From an uncultured Lachnospiraceae bacterium (GTDB lineage Bacteria > Bacillota > Clostridia > Lachnospirales > Lachnospiraceae): 34,334 bases of DNA. This document shows positions 27,011 through 34,334 of this stretch, piece by piece. The number at the start of each line of letters is the position of its first letter. The stretch's first letter is position 1. Location of the stretch: contig CAYLPF010000001.1 in NCBI GenBank assembly GCA_964385485.1, positions 1-34,334 of the forward strand, given 5' to 3'. The translations under genes and the position numbers were made by a program. Under the pieces are notes generated by a model. The model had not been told where the DNA came from and ran no database searches. It saw nothing but the letters and a program-made list of their open reading frames with translations.

Positions 27011-28485
27011 ACAGCAGGCAGACGGAACTGAGTTGTTATATTCAGGAGAAAAAAGGCGGAACTGTTTCTTTGCTTCCTGTGCTCCACAGGGCAAAAGCGC
27101 TTTATGGGGAAATAAATATTGAATTAGAGAGAATGATTGCAAGGGAAATGGAGATTCCGTTTTCAAGGGTCGCAGCAGCAGTTACGTTTTACTCTGCGTT
27201 TAATGGGATGGATGATGGAAACGCAGATGAGCGTTTTTTAAAGCTCCCGGAAAATCCATATCAGGTTGAGTGGATTCTGAATCACCCGGAGGGATATCAG
27301 GCTGTTCAGAAGGTATTGAGGGAGCATACCGATGTGATCGCGCTTTTAAGAGAAGCCAGGGTCTGTGGAAAAAGCGGTTCGGGATTTCCTGTCGCAAGCA
27401 AATGGAGCCTTACAAAAGATACTCCGGGTGATGTAAAGTACATCATCTGTAATGGCAGCGAAGGGGAGGGAAACACTTATAAGGATTACCTGCTCCTCTG
27501 CAGAAAGCCGGAGACGGTGATTGAGGGAATGATCCTGTGCAGTTTGATGACAGGAATCGAACAGGGTTTTTTATATATCCGCGCAGAGTATCAGGAAGCT
27601 ATGGAACAGGTCGGGAAAGCCATTGCAAAGGCATATGCAGAGGGATTTCTCGGCGAGCATATCTGCGGCAGCGATCACAGGTTCCATCTGGAGGCTGTGC
27701 TTGGCGGAGGCGCCTATGTCAGCGGGGAAGAAACCGGGCTTTTGCAGGCGCTGGAAGGGAAACGTTCAGAGCCGAGACTGAAGCCGCCGTATCCCGGTGT
27801 CAGCGGATTATATGGTAAGCCGACCATTATCAACAATGCGGAGAGTTTTGCGGCGGCAGCGTCTCTGACAATTCATGGCGCAGAAAATTTCCGGAAGATG
27901 GGAACAGAAAGCGCTGGCGGGAGTAAGCTGTATACAGTCTGCGGCTGTGTAAAATGTCCGGGGATTTATGAGGCGCCGCATCATTTGACAGCGGCAGAGC
28001 TATTGGAAACAGCAGGAGGGGCTTTGCCGGGCAGAAGCGTGAAAGGTTTCCAGATCGGAGGCGGCGCGACAGGAAGTTTTGGCGGAATTGACAGCATGGA
28101 TACGATTCTCGATTACCAGAGTTTGCGGTCGGCCGGCCTGGCACTTGGAACGGCAAGCATTTACTTCATTGATGCAGATGAGGAAGTGCCGCGGTTGGCC
28201 TTAAAAAGCATTTCATTTTTGCAGACTCAGAGCTGCGGCATGTGTACGGCTTGCCGGTTTGGATTAAGCGAATTGACTGTAAATCTGGAGTCGCTCTGCA
28301 ATGGGCTTGGCACGCAGAAGACGTTGAATGAACTGAAAGAATTATGTACTTATATCAAAGAGACTTCCAGATGTGCATTAGGGCAGGCAGCTCCGACGGC
28401 GCTGGATACAGCTTTGCGTGAATTTGGCAAGGAGTTTGAAGAACTTTGCAGAGAGGAGGATTCTTATGAGTACTATCAGCTGTAA
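27007..28485 (+). CDS. NuoF/HydB-like FMN- and NAD(H)-binding subunit with a fused N-terminal NuoE helical fragment
   Basis: LLPVLH...AVTFYSAF (NuoE N-domain), GKSGSGFPVASKW, YIICNGSEGE, GAYVSGEETGL..LEG...PR.KPPYP, SLBB domain and N3 cluster CGMCTAC...C. ATGA overlap with the ferredoxin. Confidence 0.88.
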   Translation: MNSRQTELSCYIQEKKGGTVSLLPVLHRAKALYGEINIELERMIAREMEIPFSRVAAAVTFYSAFNGMDDGNADERFLKLPENPYQVEWILNHPEGYQAVQKVLREHTDVIALLREARVCGKSGSGFPVASKWSLTKDTPGDVKYIICNGSEGEGNTYKDYLLLCRKPETVIEGMILCSLMTGIEQGFLYIRAEYQEAMEQVGKAIAKAYAEGFLGEHICGSDHRFHLEAVLGGGAYVSGEETGLLQALEGKRSEPRLKPPYPGVSGLYGKPTIINNAESFAAAASLTIHGAENFRKMGTESAGGSKLYTVCGCVKCPGIYEAPHHLTAAELLETAGGALPGRSVKGFQIGGGATGSFGGIDSMDTILDYQSLRSAGLALGTASIYFIDADEEVPRLALKSISFLQTQSCGMCTACRFGLSELTVNLESLCNGLGTQKTLNELKELCTYIKETSRCALGQAAPTALDTALREFGKEFEELCREEDSYEYYQL

Positions 28486-29860
28486 AATTAACAATCAGGA
28501 AATCACATGTGAAGCCGGCGTTACGATTTTAGAGGCCGCAAGGGAGGCTGGGATCCATATTCCGACACTGTGCTATATGAAGAATTTAAATAAACCGGCA
28601 GCCTGTCGTATCTGCATTGTGGAAATTGAAGGAATGCCAAGACTGATGCCGTCCTGTGTGACACAGGTGAAAGAGAACATGGTGATCTATACAGAAAGTG
28701 AGAAGGTAATCGCTTCCAGAAAGCGTACGCTGGATCTGATATGCAAGAGACACCGCATGGATTGCGAATATTGCCCGGATTATACTTTTTGTGAGCTTCA
28801 CGCGAGAATACGGGAATTGGGACTGGATGAAAGAAAATATAGTGAGGTTTATCAGGAACGATGTGCCGATGAGTCCTCGCCCTGTATTGTAAGAGATTCC
28901 TCCAAATGTATTCGCTGCCGCAGATGTGTGGCTGCCTGTAAGGCACAGGGCGTAGAGGCAATCAGCGCATTGTTCCGCGCAGACAAGACAATCACAGGCG
29001 CACAGGTACCTATGGCGGAGACCAACTGCATCGGCTGCGGGCAGTGTGTGAAGAACTGTCCAACGGGTGCATTGTTTATAAAGGATGAAACAGATCTGCT
29101 GTGGAGGGCAGCCAATAATAAAAAAAGAATTGTATTTGGTATTACACAGCAAAGCGCAGAAAATATCGGAATGTTTTTTGGCGAAAAGGAAGCAAAGAAT
29201 CAAATGGGTAAGCTGGCTGGGATATGCGGGCAGATTGGTGCAGATGCTGTCTATGATTTAACAGGGATTGAGCAGCAGTCTTTGCCGGCGGCCGCAGCGA
29301 AAGCGGTACATCGCCTGGAACAGGGAGAGGAGAATCTGATGATCTCTTTTTGCCCGGCAGCGAAACGTCATTACAGTGGAAACACAAAATTAGTGGAAGC
29401 GGCTGCTGCGGAAGAGCTGTTTGCTGCAAAGGTGATTGACGCTTATTCACAAAGAGGGGTATCCAGAGAAGAACTGTTCCTTGTATACGTTTCCCCGTGT
29501 GCATCCATAAAACAGAAACATCGTTGTGATGCGGTTCTGACAACAACAGAATTGTTTCAGTGGATACAGAGAGCCTGCGTAAGCAGATATACAACTCTTG
29601 AGGTGTGGAAAAATACAGAACCGGTGAATGCCAAAAAGCTGGAGGATACAGAAGCGTTATATAAATCCTATAACGATGGACTGCAAATACTGTTGCGTGA
29701 ACATTTGGGAAGAGAGGTAACGGTGGTTCATGCAGACGGCATTACAGCTTGTGAAAAATTAAATGCAGAAGCGCATACAGATGTGATCTGGCTGACAGCG
29801 TGCCCGGGAGGATGTGAAAATGGCGGCGGTCAGTTCCGGACACAGGGGTATCGGAAGTGA
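28466..29860 (+). CDS. [FeFe]-hydrogenase-like iron-sulfur protein with a degenerate H-cluster domain
   Basis: [2Fe-2S] (IPTLC..CRICIVE..SC), His-ligated cluster HRMDCEYC.....C, and 2x[4Fe-4S] (CIRCRRCVAAC; CIGCGQCVKNCP). Eroded H-motifs ISFCP, SPCASIK and TACPGGCENGGGQ. Confidence 0.85.
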   Translation: MSTISCKINNQEITCEAGVTILEAAREAGIHIPTLCYMKNLNKPAACRICIVEIEGMPRLMPSCVTQVKENMVIYTESEKVIASRKRTLDLICKRHRMDCEYCPDYTFCELHARIRELGLDERKYSEVYQERCADESSPCIVRDSSKCIRCRRCVAACKAQGVEAISALFRADKTITGAQVPMAETNCIGCGQCVKNCPTGALFIKDETDLLWRAANNKKRIVFGITQQSAENIGMFFGEKEAKNQMGKLAGICGQIGADAVYDLTGIEQQSLPAAAAKAVHRLEQGEENLMISFCPAAKRHYSGNTKLVEAAAAEELFAAKVIDAYSQRGVSREELFLVYVSPCASIKQKHRCDAVLTTTELFQWIQRACVSRYTTLEVWKNTEPVNAKKLEDTEALYKSYNDGLQILLREHLGREVTVVHADGITACEKLNAEAHTDVIWLTACPGGCENGGGQFRTQGYRK

Positions 29861-29915
29861 AGCAAAAAAGTAAGGGCAGTTTTCAGATATGCCGGTGGCA
29901 AAAAGGAAGGAAGAA

Positions 29916-31193
29916 ATGGCTACAATAGTAAAAGCAGGATTCGGAAAAGGTGTGATATGTTTTCCTGAAAGTATGTTTCCCATAGAAGGATTTCAGGGGA
30001 TCCATGATCATCCGAATGTACGTTTGATGGTTTTAGAGTTTGAGAAAGAAAGTATCGCTGTTCTGGCTGTGGAATTAGTCATTATACCGGGCAGTTCCAT
30101 TGATAACTGGAAGAAAATGATCAGCGATGCATTTTATATTCCAATAAGTAAAGTGGTTGTACACATGACGCATGCAATCACAACACCGCATGAGCCAGGA
30201 CCGTCAGGGCCGCCGGACAGACGGCCGGAGCTTACTCAGGAGGATTTGAGGAAGCGGAAACTATATCATGAAGCAACGGATGAAGCTGTTAAGACTGCAA
30301 TTGCAGAAGCCAGAATGAGCAGAAAAACGGCTACCTTTGGTTGGGGGAACGCTTTATGCGATGTGAATATAAACTGTGACATTGCGACTCCATTTGGCTG
30401 GTGGCTTGGAGAAAATGAGAGCGCCGCGGTTAACCACAGGATGACGGTATTGCGGGTAAATGATCTGCAGGGACAGATATCAGGGCTTCTGGTGAGCTAT
30501 GGCATGAAACCGGCTGCGATTGATAATTCAGGGAGAAAAGAAGGTATTCGTCAGATATCTTCTGAGGTGGCAGGAGTATTTTGCAGAAAGCTGGAGGAAA
30601 GGTATCATGTACCGGTATTGTATTGCGTCAGTGCCGGAGGGAATCAGGTTCCTAAAAAAACATCATTAAAAAACAGACTTGATCAGGCCGGGAAGGTTAT
30701 TGAAGCCGATGAGGGAGTGGAACAGGGATTTCTTTATGCAGAGGAGCTTGGGGAGCAGATGGCGCAGACAGGTATAAGTATTGTAGATTCTATTACCTGC
30801 ACAGAAGATACACCCGCAGTCGGATGGGAACGGACAGGCATGACCTGGAAGCGGAAAAAAGGAGGCCCGCGTAAACCGATGCGTGAGATGGTCTGCATTC
30901 CGGAAAAAGAGATAGAATTGACCGCGGACCTGTTCTGCATGGGCAGTACGGCATTTGTATTTGTAAGACCGGAGATGACTGTGGAGGCAGAAGAAATTCT
31001 TTTAGAAAAGAGTCCGTTTGCCCGGACGATCCTGATGACGCTGACGAACGGTGAGATGAAATGCCTGCCGGAGCAAAGCGCTTATGAAAGAGCGACGTAT
31101 GAAGCACAGGGATCAAACCTGATGCCTGGCGCGGCAGAGTCATTGATCGACCGGATCGTTTCAAAACTTTTGCAGATGAAGATGGAATCATGA
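29916..31193 (+). CDS. Neutral/alkaline ceramidase-family protein, degenerate metal site
   Basis: KAGFGK..I start, THAITTP, MTVLRV, ISSEVAG, SAGGNQ.P, FV.PE, YEA; collinear with the next gene. Confidence 0.72.
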   Translation: MATIVKAGFGKGVICFPESMFPIEGFQGIHDHPNVRLMVLEFEKESIAVLAVELVIIPGSSIDNWKKMISDAFYIPISKVVVHMTHAITTPHEPGPSGPPDRRPELTQEDLRKRKLYHEATDEAVKTAIAEARMSRKTATFGWGNALCDVNINCDIATPFGWWLGENESAAVNHRMTVLRVNDLQGQISGLLVSYGMKPAAIDNSGRKEGIRQISSEVAGVFCRKLEERYHVPVLYCVSAGGNQVPKKTSLKNRLDQAGKVIEADEGVEQGFLYAEELGEQMAQTGISIVDSITCTEDTPAVGWERTGMTWKRKKGGPRKPMREMVCIPEKEIELTADLFCMGSTAFVFVRPEMTVEAEEILLEKSPFARTILMTLTNGEMKCLPEQSAYERATYEAQGSNLMPGAAESLIDRIVSKLLQMKMES

Positions 31194-31232
31194 TAGTAAC
31201 TGTGAAGGAACTGAACAGTTACTTATCATGAT
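31187..31232 (+). other. 17-bp stem-loop overlapping the stop codon between the two ceramidase-family genes
   Basis: ATCATGATAGTAACTGT-N11-ACAGTTAC(T)TATCATGAT, with no poly-T. Confidence 0.7.
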
Positions 31233-31253
31233 GGATATATGGGAGGATACTAT

Positions 31254-32609
31254 ATGGAAAACAAATTGTATTGTGGTGCGGCGAAAGGGAAGATTACTCC
31301 ATCGGAAGTATTGCTTCCGGATCTCAGGGGACTGATGGATCGCCATTTCGGGCCGGTAATTGATGATTTATTTCTCAGAGTGATCGCGCTGAAAAATGGG
31401 AATGACAGGGTATTGCTTGTTACATTTGATTTGGATAAGGTGCCGTGCCCGGAGAGCTATCTGAAGGTATTGGCGGAAACTACCGGGGTTCCGGAAGAAA
31501 ACATTTTACTTGCGGCAATCCATACACACACTGCGCCGGTTGCGGGAACGCGCCCGAATGAAGGACCGAATAATATAGCAGCGAAATCTGCGGAAGTACA
31601 AGGTGCGACTCATCAGTATGAAGAATTTGTAAAAGCAGTATTGGCTGCGACCGCGAAAGATGCCGTTTCTAAAATGGTTCCGGCCAGAATGGGATTTGGA
31701 AAAGGGAAAAGCTACATTGGCATAGACAGGAAGCAATTTTATGAGACAGAAGCAGACGGGGCAGTTCACAGGAAATATGGGATTGGCGGTAATCCAGAGT
31801 CTCCCATTGACCGTACAGTATTCATCCTGCGGTTTGAGGACCTGTCAGGCAGGCCGATTGCGTTTTTTATCAACTTCCCGGTTCACTGCTGTGTGCTGAA
31901 CGGACATACGGTGTTTGAAGGTAAGTTGGGGATCAGTGGAGACATTGCCGGTAATGTATGCCGATGGAACGAAGAAAAATATCCGGGCGCGGTGACTTTA
32001 TGGACAAGCGGGGCAGCAGGTGACATTAATCCTGTAATGATGTATGAAATGGGATATCCGGATCCGGTGACCGGAAGAATGAAAGGCGGGAAAGTGGAAG
32101 GGGATCACACAGAGATTCTGACCTGTATTTCAGCGATTCATTATGATGATATTAAGAAGGTAAACCGTACAATCATCTGTGACCGGACGGATGTGAAGCT
32201 TGGGGGCATGGCGGAAATCTCTGAGACACCGGGGAAAAGAGAACCATTTAAGATCCGCCTTCATATGATGCGGCTTGGAGAAATCTTCATTCTTGGAGCC
32301 AGCGGTGAACTGTATGATGTATTTGCTAAGAGTATCAGGAAACGTATCGCAGCCCGGGAACTGATCGTAATTAACCATGACGCAAGCCTGATGGGAGATG
32401 GCGGTTATATTATAGATGATGAAACATTGCTTCAGCCAAAACCGATGCTTCCGGGAGCAGGCCATACAAATCAGCAGCCGGGATTTTTTATGCAGTCTTT
32501 GTTTGAACATACCACATCCATGTATGAAAAGCTTGATCCCAGAGCTGTTAACAATGAACCGGATCCGAAAGGTCCTGGTTTTGGGAAAATGGAGCCGATG
32601 CAGCTGTAA
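31254..32609 (+). CDS. Neutral/alkaline ceramidase-family zinc amidohydrolase
   Basis: GAAKGKITP, DDLFLRVIAL, AIHTHTAP, INFPVHC, ISGDIAG, GAAGDINP, SGELY. RBS GGGAGG. Confidence 0.82.
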   Translation: MENKLYCGAAKGKITPSEVLLPDLRGLMDRHFGPVIDDLFLRVIALKNGNDRVLLVTFDLDKVPCPESYLKVLAETTGVPEENILLAAIHTHTAPVAGTRPNEGPNNIAAKSAEVQGATHQYEEFVKAVLAATAKDAVSKMVPARMGFGKGKSYIGIDRKQFYETEADGAVHRKYGIGGNPESPIDRTVFILRFEDLSGRPIAFFINFPVHCCVLNGHTVFEGKLGISGDIAGNVCRWNEEKYPGAVTLWTSGAAGDINPVMMYEMGYPDPVTGRMKGGKVEGDHTEILTCISAIHYDDIKKVNRTIICDRTDVKLGGMAEISETPGKREPFKIRLHMMRLGEIFILGASGELYDVFAKSIRKRIAARELIVINHDASLMGDGGYIIDDETLLQPKPMLPGAGHTNQQPGFFMQSLFEHTTSMYEKLDPRAVNNEPDPKGPGFGKMEPMQL

Positions 32610-32656
32610 TAACTGCAAACATTTCAGGACAGGAAAAAGACAAGGAGCTGCTGAAT

Positions 32657-33694
32657 ATGATTATAGATTCAAATATGTACTATGTACCGGAACAGATTTT
32701 TGTGGATGATAAGTTAATGAAACGTTTTTTGGAGGAAGTACCGGCGGAGTATGGCTGGTACGGACACTGTGAGGAAATTGAGGGGACAGGGAAAAGACAG
32801 GTGATTTTGGAGAAGCCGATGGGAAGCCAGAATCTGAATTATCTTCAGGGAGATTATGAGGTTCAGGTGCAATTGGCGGATCTTGATAAAGCTGGTGTGG
32901 ATAAAGCTCTTTTGAAAGTGCCGGGATGTCATGAATGGATGAGTTTAGACATGTGCCGGTTGTTTAATAATGGGATGTATGAACATTATCGGAAAAGCTG
33001 CGGAAGATTGATACCGCTTGCGGTGGTGCCTCCCTATGGAACCCCAGAAAGCCTGGAAGAATTGGAGCGCTGCCATAAGAAGCTTGGCATGACAGCGGTA
33101 CAGGTCAGCGCCCATTATGGAGACGCATATCTGGATGAACCGGAATTTACAGCTTTTTTTGAAAAAGTAAATGAATTGAAAATGAATGTATATGTGCATC
33201 ACACACCGATTCCGGCAGAATACCAGTCTTTTATTACATATAACAATGTACGGCGTTCTTATGGGCGTATTGTAGATCAGGGACTTGCTGTAGGCCGTGA
33301 GGTTTTCAGCGACCTCTTTGAACGTTGTCCGGACATCAGATTTGTTCATTCAATGATGGGGGGCGGTTTTTTCGCGATTGTGAATATGATGTTTCCGAAT
33401 CAAGCCAAGGCAAAAGAAGAAGTCAGCCGTTTTAAATCTGACAGCGGGCAGATAAAAGACCGTTTTCAGAAACATATCTATTTTGAAATGTCCCATGCCC
33501 AGCCATGGGGAAAAGATGTACTGGAGCTGGCAGTAAAAGTATTGGGTGCGGATCATATTATCTGGGGATCATCCTGTCCGGTTCGAAAAGAATGGCTCCT
33601 GGAGGGCCCGGATTTTGTAAGAGAGCTGAACATTACAGAGCAGGATAAAGAACTGATCCTGGGAAGGAATGCTGAAAGAATTTACTGTATTTGA
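32657..33694 (+). CDS. Amidohydrolase-superfamily protein (Amidohydro_2/ACMSD-LigW-like) with non-canonical metal ligands
   Basis: MIID start, DLDKAGVDKALL, YLDEPEF..FF, VYVHH, FERCPDIRFVHSMMGG, GADHIIWGSSCP, ILGRNAERIY. Confidence 0.82.
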   Translation: MIIDSNMYYVPEQIFVDDKLMKRFLEEVPAEYGWYGHCEEIEGTGKRQVILEKPMGSQNLNYLQGDYEVQVQLADLDKAGVDKALLKVPGCHEWMSLDMCRLFNNGMYEHYRKSCGRLIPLAVVPPYGTPESLEELERCHKKLGMTAVQVSAHYGDAYLDEPEFTAFFEKVNELKMNVYVHHTPIPAEYQSFITYNNVRRSYGRIVDQGLAVGREVFSDLFERCPDIRFVHSMMGGGFFAIVNMMFPNQAKAKEEVSRFKSDSGQIKDRFQKHIYFEMSHAQPWGKDVLELAVKVLGADHIIWGSSCPVRKEWLLEGPDFVRELNITEQDKELILGRNAERIYCI

Positions 33695-33788
33695 GATAAG
33701 CGCAGGGCACACTTTAAAACAGAGGAAGCCAGGTTCAGGGTAAAAAGTATGGGCAAAAGGAGAGAGAAAAAAGATAATCTGGCATACA

Positions 33789-33817
33789 TTGTTTTCCACA
33801 GATAAATCAGGTATACT
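33789..33817 (+). promoter_or_regulatory. Putative sigmaA promoter for the final gene
   Basis: TTGTTT-N17-TATACT. Confidence 0.5.
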
Positions 33818-33926
33818 ATTATTCAGGGGGGCAGATCTATGGGAAAAGGTATTTCAATTGTTGGAATCAGATGAATTGGGAGAGATAGCCTCTGAAACAA
33901 CGGAAAAACAATATGGAGGTGCTGGT

Positions 33927-34334
33927 ATGGGACAGGAAGAAGGATTTAAGCTGGCAGTTCCCGGTGATGCGACGGTATTGCCGGGCATGAAGACAATCAT
34001 GGCGGACCGGTCGGAATTGCAGAAGGTTACCTATATCCGCGATGTGGAGTATGTAAAGCGCCATGAGGAGACTCTGCATTTGCAGCTTCTGCTTCCGGCG
34101 GGGCTTTTCCCCGGTATGTACTCGGCAAGAAAGTATCCTCTGGTGGTGTATGTCCAGGGGGCAGCGTGGGGAGAGCAGGAAATGTATTTCAATCTGCCAC
34201 AGCTTTGCCAGATCGCACGGAAGGGGTATGTGGTGGCCAGTGTGAAGCACCGCGCATCTGCAGCAGCCGGATTCCCCGCATTTTTGCAGGATGTGAAATC
34301 TGCAATCCGTTATCTGCGGAAAAATGCGGAGCTT
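33927..34334 (+). CDS. Alpha/beta-hydrolase (HSL/BD-FAE-like esterase), 3'-truncated by the window
   Basis: Not in the ORF track because it has no stop. GGAGGT precedes ATG 33927. Manual translation: MGQEEGF...DVEY...YPLVVYVQGAAW...GYVVASVKHR...FPAFLQDVKSAIRYLRKNAEL. Confidence 0.85.
   Translation, partial: MGQEEGFKLAVPGDATVLPGMKTIMADRSELQKVTYIRDVEYVKRHEETLHLQLLLPAGLFPGMYSARKYPLVVYVQGAAWGEQEMYFNLPQLCQIARKGYVVASVKHRASAAAGFPAFLQDVKSAIRYLRKNAEL

Noticed and set aside
27190-27300. Frameshift or pseudogene removing the NuoE [2Fe-2S] domain
   Set aside because: The frame is continuous, and the short linker leaves no room for the domain in another frame.
28466-29860. Functional [FeFe]-hydrogenase HydA
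   Set aside because: The proton-transfer Cys, the CN-binding Lys and both Met residues are substituted, and the H-domain is shortened.
27007-29860. Respiratory complex I nuoEFG
   Set aside because: No other nuo genes are present, and the third subunit has a hydrogenase-type rather than molybdopterin-type C-terminus.
24473-33700. Redox operon as a mobile or horizontally acquired island
   Set aside because: It looks slightly more AT-rich by eye, but I did not quantify this and saw no integrase, transposase, tRNA or flanking repeats.

Overview
A 34.3-kb, almost entirely + strand catabolic region. Gene families, GGAGG ribosome-binding sites and sigmaA-like promoters suggest an anaerobic Firmicute, probably Lachnospiraceae-like (inferred, not proven). 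Bases 1-24.5 kb hold two related glycoside-utilisation modules on either side of a membrane-anchored AraC regulator. Each module has an Opp/Dpp-type ABC importer, an uncharacterised 4-TM protein and a glycosidase (GH3 or GH31). Also present are beta-phosphoglucomutase, a secreted Sel1/esterase fusion, a Nif3-like protein and a YdjC-like deacetylase. Three promoters share a TGGAAA direct-repeat operator at an identical distance from the -10 box. Bases 24.6-33.7 kb are the most unusual part: a tightly coupled operon with an AprA-like flavoprotein, an AprB-like ferredoxin, a truncated-NuoE/NuoF fusion and an [FeFe]-hydrogenase-like protein that has lost its di-iron-site residues. Two ceramidase-family paralogues (one degenerate) and an amidohydrolase lacking most metal ligands follow. 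A partial esterase gene ends the window. No rRNA, tRNA, CRISPR array or transposase was seen. All calls are by eye from motifs; no database searches were run.
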